A program made the position numbers and the translations under genes. Source: Macrostomum lignano (Eukaryota). From it: a stretch of DNA of 64,000 nt. Positions 54,180 to 64,000 of this stretch are shown here, piece by piece. The stretch spans positions 186,001-250,000 of the forward strand of contig NIVC01000083.1 of the NCBI GenBank assembly GCA_002269645.1, given 5' to 3'. The stretch's first letter is position 1, and each line of letters opens with the position of its first letter. The notes beneath the pieces were generated by a model. It was given only the letters and a program-made list of their open reading frames with translations. It had not been told where the DNA came from and did not search any database.

Positions 54180-56567
54180 CTGCGGCGTGCGGCAATGCGG
54201 GGCAGGGATATAGCTGCGGGCTGGGGCGGCTGTGGAGCCAGGGGTCTGGGAGGCTGGCCCAGCAATTGAGGATCTGGGAGGCTGGCCCAGCAATTGAGGA
54301 TCTGGGAGGCTGGCCCAGCAACTGACACTCTGGGAGGCTGGCCTAGAAACTGAGAATCTGAGAGGCAGGTGGCCCAGCAACTGAGGATCTGGGAGGCTGG
54401 CCCAGCAACTGATGATCTGGGAGGCTGGCCCAGCAACTGAGGATCTGGGAGGCTGGCCCATCAACTGACAGTCTGGGAGGCTGGCCCAGCAACTGAGGAT
54501 CTGGGAGGCTGGCCCAGCAACTGACACTCTGGGAGGCTGGCCCAGCAACCGAGGATCCGGGAGGGTAGCAACGGCCCAGCAACCCAGGATCCGGGAAGGT
54601 AGCAACGGCCCAGCAACTCAGGATCCGGGAGGGTAGCAACGGCCCAGCAACCCAGGATCCGGGAGGGTAGCAACGGCCCAGCAACTCAGGATCCGGGAGG
54701 GTAGCAACGGCCCAGCAACTCAGGATCCGGGAGGGTAGCAACGGCCCAGCAACTCAGGATCCGGGAGGGTAGCAACGGCCCAGCAATCCAGGATACGGCC
54801 CGGCACGCCAACCTTGAACTCGTCTGTTGCCAGGGCATCGGCGCCGCACTGACACACCACGGCGCCGGGATCGAAGGCCTCAAAGGCGGCGTCAATCACG
54901 GCGGCAAAGCTGGCAGCGAACTGGGCATCGCTGACGCCCTCTTTGAGCGGCACATTGACGCTGGCGAAGCGACCGGGCCCTGCGCCGATGTCGTCGGAGT
55001 CGCCGCTGCCAGGAAAGAAGCCGTCAGCCCGATAGTGGAATGACACCTGCCAATCAATCAACGGGTTTGAATAGGCACTTAATGTCAGATTGGTAGATAA
55101 CACTAAACAGAGCACTAAGTCGAATTCTTAGGATGTCAGATAGGGCGCCTGAGACACATTTGTACAATGTCAGATACGGCGCCAAAGACACATTTGTAGA
55201 ATGTCAGATACGGCGCCAAAGACACATTTGTAGAATGTCAGATACGGCGCCTAAGACACATTATCAGAATGTCAGATAGGGCGCTTAAGACACATTATCA
55301 GAATGTCAGATAGGGCGCCAAAGACACATTTGTAGAATGTCAGATAGAGCGCTTGAGATGCATTATTAAAATGTCAGATAGAGCGCCTAAGATACATTTG
55401 TAGAATATCAGATAGAGCGCCTGAGACGCATTCTTAGGATGTCAGATAGGGCGCTTAAGACACATTATCAGAATGTCAGATAGGGCGCCAAAGACACATT
55501 TGTAGAATGTCAGATAGAGCGCTTGAGATGCATTATTAAAATGTCAGATAGAGCGCCTAAGATACATTTGTAGAATATCAGATAGAGCGCCTGAGACACA
55601 TTCTTAGGATGTCAGATAGGGCGCCTGAGACACATTGTAGAATGTCAGATAGGGCGCCTGAGACGCATTCTCAGAATGTCAGATAGGGCGCCAAAGACAC
55701 ATTTTCAGAATATCAGATAGGGCGCCTGAGACGCATTCTCAGAATATCAGATAGGGCGCCTGAGACACATTATCAGAATGTCAGATAGGGCGCCTGAGAC
55801 ACATTTGTAGAATGTCAGATAGAGCGCCTGAGACACATTTGTAGAATGTCAGATAGAGCGCCTGAGATGCATTCTTAGAATATCAGATAGAGCGCCTGAG
55901 ACACATTCTTAGGATGTCAGATAGGGCGCCTGAGACACATTCTTAGAATGTCAGACATGGCGCCAGCACCAACCGTCAGAATCCCGGCAGAGTAGTAGAA
56001 CGCCTCCTCAACCCCGTCGCCGTGGTGCAAATCCAAATCAATGTACATAACCCGATCGTAGCGCTTCTTCAACTCCAACACGCCGTACACGATGTCGTTG
56101 ATGTAGCAGAAACCGGAAGCTTCGTCCCGTTTAGCGTGATGCCAACCGCCAGTCCAGTTGATGGCCACGTCGAACTGTCCAGCTGACAGGGCCTCGGCCG
56201 CAGCCACAGTTGCCCCGGCAACTAACGAAGCGATGTCGAACGCGCCGCGAACTGGCGGACAATCGTAGGCGAAGCCGAATTCTAACAGATCCGAGTCGAG
56301 CTCGTCGGCTTCAAGACCGGCGCTGCTCACTCGTTTTAATGCCGACAGATAGGCCTCGGAGTGAAAGCCGAGCAGTGCAGACTCTGGCAGGGGTTTCAAA
56401 TCCGATAGCACGGTTAATCGGTCCAACAGTTTGTAGGCGTGAATCAGCGAATGCACCAGAACTGATCGGCCGCGCACTTTTGGCAGCTGAGCGCTCAGCT
56501 CAACAAGTTGGCGACTGTAGGCCAGAGCGACTCGCCTGTCGCGTACAGCCGATGCAGGGACTGCCGC
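53853..56567 (-). CDS. HDAC8: Histone deacetylase 8 (class I), 3 exons, 384 codons plus an unlocated initiator
   Basis: Join 56567-55974, 55046-54813, 54179-53853, all phase 0. Motifs YDCP, INWTGGWHHAKRDEASGFCY, YIDLDLHHGDGVEEAF, FFPGSG, GADALA, GGGGY, IPEHSFFSQYGPDF match HDAC8 rather than HDAC1/2/3 (from recall of the family). Confidence 0.93.
54240..54795. repeat. 28-bp and 34-bp related minisatellites filling HDAC8 intron 2
   Basis: GGATCTGGGAGGCTGGCCCAGCAACTGA and GGATCCGGGAGGGTAGCAACGGCCCAGCAACTCA. Confidence 0.92.
54813..55046 (-). CDS. HDAC8: HDAC8 exon 2
   Basis: VSFHYRADGFFPGSG...VNVPLKEGVSD...QCGADALATDEFK|gttggc. Confidence 0.92.
55130..55960. repeat. 34-bp minisatellite filling HDAC8 intron 1 (ATGTCAGATAGGGCGCCTGAGACACATT...)
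   Basis: Direct; 170-bp internal duplication. Confidence 0.93.
55974..56567 (-). CDS. HDAC8: HDAC8 first recognisable exon (no ATG at its start)
   Basis: ttccag|GCG GCA GTC: AAVPASAVRDRRVALAYSRQLVELSAQLPKVRGRSVLVHSLIHAY...ILT|gttggt. Confidence 0.88.
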
Positions 56568-56574
56568 CTGGAAT

Positions 56575-57370
56575 TGGGTTCCGCGTCTGACTGGTTTGGG
56601 TTCCGTGTCTGACTGGTTTGGGTTCCGCGTCTGACTGGTTAGGTTCCGTGTCTGACTGGTTTGGGTTCCGTGTCTGACTGGTTAGGTTCCGTGTCTGACT
56701 GGTTAGGTTCCGTGTCTGACTGGTTTGGGTTCCGTGTCTGACTGGTTGGGTTCCGTGTCTGACTGGTTTGGGTTCCGTGTCTGACTGGTTAGGTTCCGTG
56801 TCTGACTGGTTTGGGTTCCGTGTCTGACTGGTTAGGTTCCGTGTCTGACTGGTTTGGGTTCCGTGTCTGACTGGTTAGGTTCCGTGTCTGACTGGTTTGG
56901 GTTCCGTGTCTGACTGGTTAGGTTCCGTGTCTGACTGGTTAGGTTCCGTGTCTGACTGGTTTGGGTTCCGTGTCTGACTGGTTGGGTTCCGTGTCTGACT
57001 GGTTTGGGTTCCGTGTCTGACTGGTTAGGTTCCGTGTCTGACTGGTTTGGGTTCCGTGTCTGACTGGTTAGGTTCCGTGTCTGACTGGTTTGGGTTCCGT
57101 GTCTGACTAGTTTGGGTTCCGTGTCTGACTGGTTTGGGTTCCGTGTCTGACTGGTTTGGGTTTCGTGTCTGACTGGTTTGGGTTTCGTGTCTGACTGGTT
57201 TGGGTTCCGCGTCTGACTGGTTTGGGTTCCGTGTCTGACTGGTTTGGGTTCCGCGTCCGACTGGTTTGGGTTCCGTGTCTGACTGGTTTGGGTTCCGCGT
57301 CCGACTGGTTTGGGTTCCGCGTCCGACTGGTTTGGGTTCCGTGTCTGACAGGTTTGGGTTCCGTTTCTGA
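56575..57370. repeat. 21/22-bp minisatellite GGTTCCGTGTCTGACTGGTT(TG/A) directly upstream of HDAC8
   Basis: Direct. Confidence 0.95.
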
Positions 57371-57789
57371 CTGCTTGCGTTCTGCTTGCGGGGTAGAAGT
57401 TCGTTATAGTTCCCATGTACAGAAAGTACAGAAGTATCCCATGTACCACGTGTGCAGGCAGAAAATAGCTACCAAAGTCAGTAAGCAGTCAACTATAGAA
57501 AATAAATTAGTTTAACAAACACTATATTGACGCAATTCAAAACAACTTGAGCGGACAGACTTGAATATTTTGAAATGCAATAAAAGTGCCTAAGCTTTAA
57601 TTTAATTGCATTCGATGGACACTAGCCACAGCAACATTAGTCTTACCAAGTGCAAAAAATAACAAAGCACAATTCAAACATTCCTCTAAGCGACATATTT
57701 GTAACATATTTAGATTTCCGACGACAAACGAAGGACGTAATAAAAACATTTAGATTTTAGCGCATGACAGCATAGGCTATTCTGTGAAA

Positions 57790-58010
57790 AATCGATCGAT
57801 TTTTGTATGAAGTCAGATGCTATTTTTAGAAAGATGCCCTATCAGAATCATCGATCGATTTCCACGTGACGTAAGATTCTATATTCAAAAACATCGATTT
57901 ATTTCTGCATGACGTCAGATGCTATATTTAGAATTATCGATCGATTTTCACGTGAAGTCAGATGCTATATTTAGAAACATCGATTGATTTCCTCATGATG
58001 TTAGATAATT
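57790..58010. repeat. Degenerate about 43-bp repeat (ATCGATCGATTT..CACGTGA(A/C)GTCAGATGCTATATTTAGAA)
   Basis: ATCGAT recurs near 57850, 57893, 57936 and 57979. Confidence 0.7.
57898..57903 (-). promoter_or_regulatory. Candidate NARS2 polyadenylation signal AATAAA
   Basis: AATAAA on the minus strand about 210 nt after the NARS2 stop; position only. Confidence 0.3.
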
Positions 58011-58112
58011 ATTTTTAAAACACTAATAATCTTTCGCATGTGACACAAGATGATGTTTTTAGAAGCGTAAGAAAGCACTTTTTCGCAAATAAACAAGAAC
58101 AGCATTGTTAGT

Positions 58113-58706
58113 CTAAGACGGGCAGTGATGAAACGATCTAGGAAACGGCACCAGCTCTTTCACCGACGTGCTACCGCCTACTAGAAATCTGAGAAATCGA
58201 TCCACGCCCAGTCCGTAGCCGCCGTGAGGCGCGCTACCGAATCTGCGCAGTTCCAGATACCAATGCAGACGTTCTACGGAAGACTCCAATAGTTGATGAC
58301 GCTTAATCGACTGGTTCAATCGAGTCGAGTCTGACTCGCGAACGCTACCGCCGAGTACTTCACCAACGCCTGGCAACAATAGGTCGAAACTAGCAGACAG
58401 TCCCGGACTCGATTCTGCGCAGTAGAACGGTCGGGATTTGACTGGGAAATCGGTGACAAAAACGGGAATATTGCCGCACAGTTGGACTAGCGCCAACTCG
58501 TGTTCTCGTCGAAGATCCGACATGCCCATAGTCGGCGGCACTTTGAATTCGCCCGTCTTCTCCATCAGAGCTTTGACAGCATCGGCAAATGTTAAACGTG
58601 CAAAAGATTTAGATAGAAGGTTCTCGATTGCTGACAAATTGTTGCCACTGTCAGAGTCTTCGTGATTAGCTAATTTGGACAGATCCTCAGGACACTGGGA
58701 GATTAC
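58113..58706 (-). CDS. NARS2: NARS2 last exon (motif 3, stop)
   Basis: ttgcag|VISQCPEDL...PFPRSFHHCPS TAG. Confidence 0.92.
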   Translation of the reverse strand, partial: VISQCPEDLSKLANHEDSDSGNNLSAIENLLSKSFARLTFADAVKALMEKTGEFKVPPTMGMSDLRREHELALVQLCGNIPVFVTDFPVKSRPFYCAESSPGLSASFDLLLPGVGEVLGGSVRESDSTRLNQSIKRHQLLESSVERLHWYLELRRFGSAPHGGYGLGVDRFLRFLVGGSTSVKELVPFPRSFHHCPS

Positions 58707-61700
58707 CTGCAAGTTTTCAGTTTGAGTCATTTTATCTGATTCTATCTCTAGTTTGAGTCCAATTCTAACTATCCCTATCCCTAAACTTCTATCCCTATCC
58801 CTAAACTTAGTCAGCTTCCCTGAGTTAAGCCAGATTCTATCCTTAATCTTAGTTGGATTTTATCCTTAAATTAAGCCAGATTCTATCCTTAATCTTAGTT
58901 GGATTTTATCCTTAAATTAAGCCAGATTCTATCCTTAATCTTAGTTGGATTTTATCCTTAAATTAAGCCAGATTCTATCCTTAATCTTAGTTGGATTCTA
59001 TCCTTAAATTAAGCCAGATTCTATCCTTAAATTCAGTTGGATTCTATCCTTAAATTAAGCCAGATTCTATCCTTAATCTTAGTTGGATTTTATCCTTAAA
59101 TTAAGCCAGATTCTATCCTTAATCTCAGTTGGATTCTATCCCTAATTAAGCCAGATTCTATCCTTAATCTTAGTTGGATTCTATCCTTAAATTAAGCCAG
59201 ATTCTATCCTTAATCTCAGTTGGATTCTATCCCTAATTAAGCCAGATTCTATCCTTAATCTCAGTTGGATTCTATCCTTAAATTAAGCCAGATTCTATCC
59301 TTAATCTCAGTTGGATTCTATCCTTAAATTAAGCCAGATTCTATCCTTAATCTTAGTTGGATTTTATCCTTAAATTAAGCCAGATTCTATCCTTAATCTT
59401 AGTTGGATTCTATCCTTAAATTAAGCCAGATTCTATCCTTAAATTCAGTTGGATTCTATCCTTAAATTAAGCCAGATTCTATCCTTAATCTCAGTTGGAT
59501 TCTATCCCTAATTAAGCCAGATTCTATCCTTAATCTTAGTTGGATTCTATCCTTAAATTAAGCCAGATTCTATCCTTAATCTCAGTTGGATTCTATCCCT
59601 AATTAAGCCAGATTCTATCCTTAATCTCAGTTGGATTCTATCCTTAAATTAAGTTGGATTCTATCCTTAATCTCAGTTGGATTCTATCCTTAAATTAAGC
59701 CAGATTCTATCCTTAATCTTAGTTGGATTCTATCCTTAAATTAAGCCAGATTCTATCCTTAATCTCAGTTGGATTCTATCCTTAAATTAAGCCAGATTCT
59801 ATCCTTAATCTCAGTTGGATTCTATCCTTAAATTAAGCCAGATTCTATCCTTAATCTCAGTTGGATTCTATCCTTAAATTAAGCCAGATTCTATCCTTAA
59901 TCTCAGTTGGATTCTATCCTTAAATTAAGCCAGATTCTATCCTTAATCTCAGTTGGATTCTATCCTTAAATTAAGCCAGATTCTATCCTTAATCTCAGTT
60001 GGATTCTATCCTTAAATTAAGCCAGATTCTATCCTTAATCTCAGTTGGATTCTATCCTTAAATTAAGCCAGATTCTATCCTTAATCTCAGTTGGATTCTA
60101 TCCTTAAATTAAGCCAGATTCTATCCTTAAATTCAGTTGGATTCTATCCTTAAATTAAGCCAGATTCTATCCTTAAATTAAGCCAGATTCTATCCTTAAT
60201 CTTAGTTGGATTCTATCCTTAAATTAAGCCAGATTCTATCCTTAATCTTAGTTGGATTCTATCCTTAAATTAAGCCAGATTCTATCCTTAAATTCAGTTG
60301 GATTCTATCCTTAAATTAAGCCAGATTCTATCCTTAATCTCAGTTGGATTCTATCCCTAATTAAGCCAGATTCTATCCTTAATCTCAGTTGGATTCTATC
60401 CTTAAATTAATCCAGATTCTATCCTTAATCTCAGTTGGATTCTATCCTTAAATTAAGCCTGATTCTATCCCAAATTTCAGTTGGATTCTATCCTTAAATT
60501 AAGCCAGATTTTATCCTTAATCTCAGTTGGATTATTAGGGATCCAATTTTTCCGGATTCTATTTCTAAATTAATCTAGTCCATCCCTAAACTTAGCCAGA
60601 GTCTATCCCTCAATTAATCTAGAGTCTATCCCTAAATTTAGTCAATCCTATCCCTAAGAAAAAAGCAGATAAAATACAGGCACAAATCTTACACAATTAG
60701 ACGCAGTTTTCAAAAGCCATTCAACGTGATTGCACAGAGCATCTGTGGAATCTAATTCCGTAGCCTCAGCCTCTAGCATAGAGAACTCGGCCAGGTGATA
60801 AGTAGTGAGGGATTTCTCTGCTCGAAACGCCCTTCCTAAACAGTAGACGCGAGACAGGCCCAGAGCCAGCGCCTCCAGGTGCAGCTGCGAGGACACGGTC
60901 AGATGAACCGGCGAGCGGAAAAATGACTCCGAATCTGCTAGGCGAAAAGTTTCGCCGGCGCCCTCGCAGTCGTTGGTGGTTAGTACTGGGGCTTCTACCT
61001 GCCCGGGAGAATGATGGAAGTTGATGCTTTATACATGTAGGGTAGAATTCTTAGAAGCAGTTAACGAGATAGACGGAGAAGGGAGACGGGTGGAAGAGAG
61101 GGAGAGAAGGGTAGAGGGGGAGGGTAGAAGAGACGGGTAGAGGGGTAGAAAAGATGGGGAGAGGGGTAGAAGAGGGGGAGAGGGGTAGAAGAGAGGGGAG
61201 AGGGGTAGAAGAGAGGGGAGAGGGGTAGAAGAGGGGGGAGAGGGGTAGAAGAGAGGGGGGAGAGGGGTAAAAGAGAGGGGGGAGAGGGGTAAAAGAGAGG
61301 GGGAGAGGGGTAGAAAAGACGGGGAGAGGGGTAGAAGAGAGGGGGAGAGGGTAGAAGAGATGGGGAGAGAGTAGAAGAGACAGGCAGAGGGGTAGAAGAG
61401 AGGGGGAGAGGGGTAGAAGAGACGGGGAGAGGGGTAGAAGAGAGGGGGAGAGAGGTAGAAGAGACGGGGAGAGAGTAGAAGAGAGGGGGAGAGGGTAGAA
61501 GAGACGGGGAGAGAGTAGAAGAGACGGGGAGAGGGGTAGAAGAGACGGGGAGAGAGTAGAAGAGAGGGGGAGAGGGTAGAAGAGACGGGGAGAGAGTAGA
61601 AGAGAGGGGGAGAGGGTAGAAGAGACGGGGAGAGAGTAGAAGAGACGGGGAGAGGGGTAGAAGAGACGGGGAGAGAGTAGAAGAGAGGGGGAGAGGGGTA

Positions 61701-64000
61701 GAAGAGGGGGAGAGGGGTAGAAGAGACGGGGAGAGAGTAGAAGAGAGGGGGAGAGGGGTAGAAGAGGGGGAGAGGGGTAGAAGAGGGGGAGAGGGGTAGA
61801 AGACGGGGAGAGAGTAGAAGAGACAGGGTAGAACAGACAAGTAGGCGGCAGAAGAGCATGGACCATAATAGCGCTCTGCCGATATGTATCGAAAACCAAT
61901 ACAGACAGGCAATCAGACTTCACCTCAAGATAGTGGCGCTCGTCAAGTGCCGACCGCAGCGCCCGGTTCAATGCGGCGCGCAGCCGGCAGACGGCCTGAA
62001 AGCCGGCCAGTCTGGGACGCAGATGCGGACTCTGTCTAGCGGTGTCCGGCCGCTGCTCCTGGTGGAAGCTCAGACCGGATGCCCGGTCGGCCGGGCCGGT
62101 CACAGCGAGACTGCTAGCTTGAAGTTCCAAGCCGTTAGCGGCTCGATCAGTGGCGGAGAGGCGGCCGACAACTCTCAAGCAGGTGTCCGCTGAGACATCG
62201 GCGGGCAGGAGCTCGGATGGCGAGACTACAATCTGAGTTGCAAAGGTTTTTATTGGTTATACTATATGTAACTGCAGTACTGTACTACTGTATGCATACA
62301 ATTGTACCATTGATTGCGTAGTTACCACTCCTTATCCTTTTGTAACTAACCGCAGCTCCAGTTTCTACTCATAGCTCATGCATACCTAGCCACCTCACTA
62401 CTTCTACACTTCACTCACTACCTCTTCACCTCATCACTCACTACTTCTCCACTTCATTCACTACCTCTCCACATCATTCACTACCTCTCTACCTCACTCA
62501 CTACTTCTCCACCTCACTCACTACCTGTCTACTCACTCACTTCCTCCCCACCTCACTCACTACCTCCCACCTCACTCACTACCTCCCACCTCACTCACTA
62601 CCTCTCAATCTCACTCACTACCTCTCCACCTCACTCACTACCTCTCCACCTCAATCACTACCTCTCCACCTCAATCACTACCTCTCCACCTCACTCATTA
62701 CTTCTCCACCTCACTCACTACCTCTTCACCTCACTCACTACCTCTTCACCTCACTCACTACCTTTCCATCTCATTCACTACCTCTCTACCACTACCTCTC
62801 TACCTCTCTACCTCACTCTCTACCTCTCACCTCACTCACTACTCTCCACCTCACTCACTACCTCTCCACCTCACTCACTACTCTCCACCTCACTCACTAC
62901 CTCTTCACCTCACTCACTATCTCTCCACTTCACTCACTACCTATTCACCTCACTCACTACTTCTCCACCTCACTCACTACCTCTCCACCTCACTCACTAC
63001 CTCTCCACCTCACTCACTACCTCTCCACCTCACTCACTACCTCTCCACCTCACTCACTACCTCTCCACCTCACTCACTACCTCTCCACCTCACTCACTAC
63101 CTTTCCATCTCATTCACTACCTCTCTACCACTACCTCTCTACCTCTCTACCTCACTCTCTACCTCTCACCTCACTCTCTACTCTCCACCTCACTCACTAC
63201 CTCTCCACCTCACTCACTACCTTTCCATCTCATTCACTACCTCTCTACCACTACCTCTCTACCTCTCTACCTCACTCTCTACCTCTCACCTCACTCACTA
63301 CTCTCCACCTCACTCACTACCTCTCCACCTCACTCACTACTCTCCACCTCACTCACTACCTCTTCACCTCACTCACTATCTCTCCACTTCACTCACTACC
63401 TCTTCACCTCACTCACTACTTCTCCACCTCACTCACTACCTCTCCACCTCACTCACTACCTCTCCACCTCACTCACTACCTCTCCACCTCACTCACTACC
63501 TCTCCACCTCACTCACTACCTCTCCACCTCACTCACTATCTCCCACCTCACTCATTACCTGTCTACTCACTCACTTCCTCTACACCTCACTCACTACCTC
63601 TCAATCTCACTCACTACCTCCCACCTCACTCAATACCTGTCCACTCACTCACTTCCTCTCTCATTCACTACCTCTCTCTCACTCACTACCTCTCTCGTTC
63701 CCTACCTCTCTCATTTACTACGAGCTACCTCTTTCATTCACTTTCACTCTTTCGTTCACCATCTCATTCTACTTATTGACTACTTTTATTTCTAAAGTAT
63801 ACCGTATGCATCTTAACTACCAAATCAACCCCATCTTCCAGCATGCTGAATTTATAGATCCCGCATACTAGATAACAAGATTAAGAACTAAACTAACCTG
63901 CAGGGTTTTATGAGTAGTACCATCGCCCAACTCGATGAAGCTAACTTTTTTCTGACGTCTGAGGCTTCGCACCCAGCCTACTAAACTGACTTCACCAGTT
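58113..64000 (-). CDS. NARS2: Asparaginyl-tRNA synthetase, mitochondrial type, 5'-partial, 4 exons
   Basis: Join >64000-63898, 62232-61924, 60998-60693, 58706-58113, all phase 0. OB-fold GWVRSLRRQKKVSFIELGDG, PHLRPR, TTNDCEGAGETF, LTVSSQLHLE, FRAEKS...HLAEFSMLEAE, GGSVRE, WYLELRRFGSAPHGGYGLGVDR, PFPR. Confidence 0.92.
58770..60655. repeat. 23-bp units alternating as a 46-bp dimer, filling a NARS2 intron
   Basis: GATTCTATCCTTAA followed alternately by ATTAAGCCA and TCTCAGTTG. Confidence 0.95.
60693..60998 (-). CDS. NARS2: NARS2 exon (class II motifs 1-2)
   Basis: gggcag|VEAPVLTTNDCEGAGETF...KTASNC|gtaaga. Confidence 0.9.
61070..61840. repeat. GA-rich minisatellite (GGGGAGAGGGGTAGAAGAGA) filling a NARS2 intron
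   Basis: Direct. Confidence 0.92.
61924..62232 (-). CDS. NARS2: NARS2 exon
   Basis: actcag|IVVSPSELL...LELQA...SPHLRPR...HYLE|gtgaag. Confidence 0.88.
62390..63720. repeat. 20-bp minisatellite CTCACTCACTACCTCTCCAC filling a NARS2 intron
   Basis: Direct. Confidence 0.93.
63898..64000 (-). CDS. NARS2: NARS2 exon (partial, anticodon-binding OB fold)
   Basis: TGEVSLVGWVRSLRRQKKVSFIELGDGTTHKTLQ|gttagt. Confidence 0.88.

Noticed and set aside
54180-54812. HDAC8 intron 2 is 633 nt (a multiple of 3) and partly open in frame
   Set aside because: The exon 2 frame meets a stop at about 54720, and the spliced join DEFK|IFNLT matches HDAC8.

Overview
Animal (bilaterian) genomic DNA carrying three intron-containing genes, all on the minus strand, in a matrix of about 45 micro- and minisatellite arrays. 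I spliced the exons by hand using GT-AG sites, phase continuity and protein motifs. (1) NARS2-like mitochondrial asparaginyl-tRNA synthetase: 4 exons seen, 5' end beyond the window, stop at 58113. (2) HDAC8: 3 exons, 56567-53853, catalytic motifs intact, but no ATG in its first recognisable exon. (3) Eph receptor tyrosine kinase: 9 exons, 38361 down to 466, encoding signal peptide, ligand-binding domain, Cys-rich region, two FN3 domains and TM; the kinase lies beyond the left edge. Almost all long ORFs in the supplied track are translations of tandem repeats. The satellite-filled introns and compact GC-rich exons suggest a free-living flatworm such as Macrostomum; this is inference only. Top leads: (a) a possible NARS2-HDAC8 operon in which HDAC8 gets its start codon from a trans-spliced leader ending in AUG; (b) an inverted pair of 17-bp satellites bracketing the frame-symmetric Eph exons 2-5 (possible exon skipping or circRNA); (c) satellites that pack against 5' splice sites but usually stay about 60-95 nt or more clear of 3' splice sites. 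Repeat boundaries are approximate.
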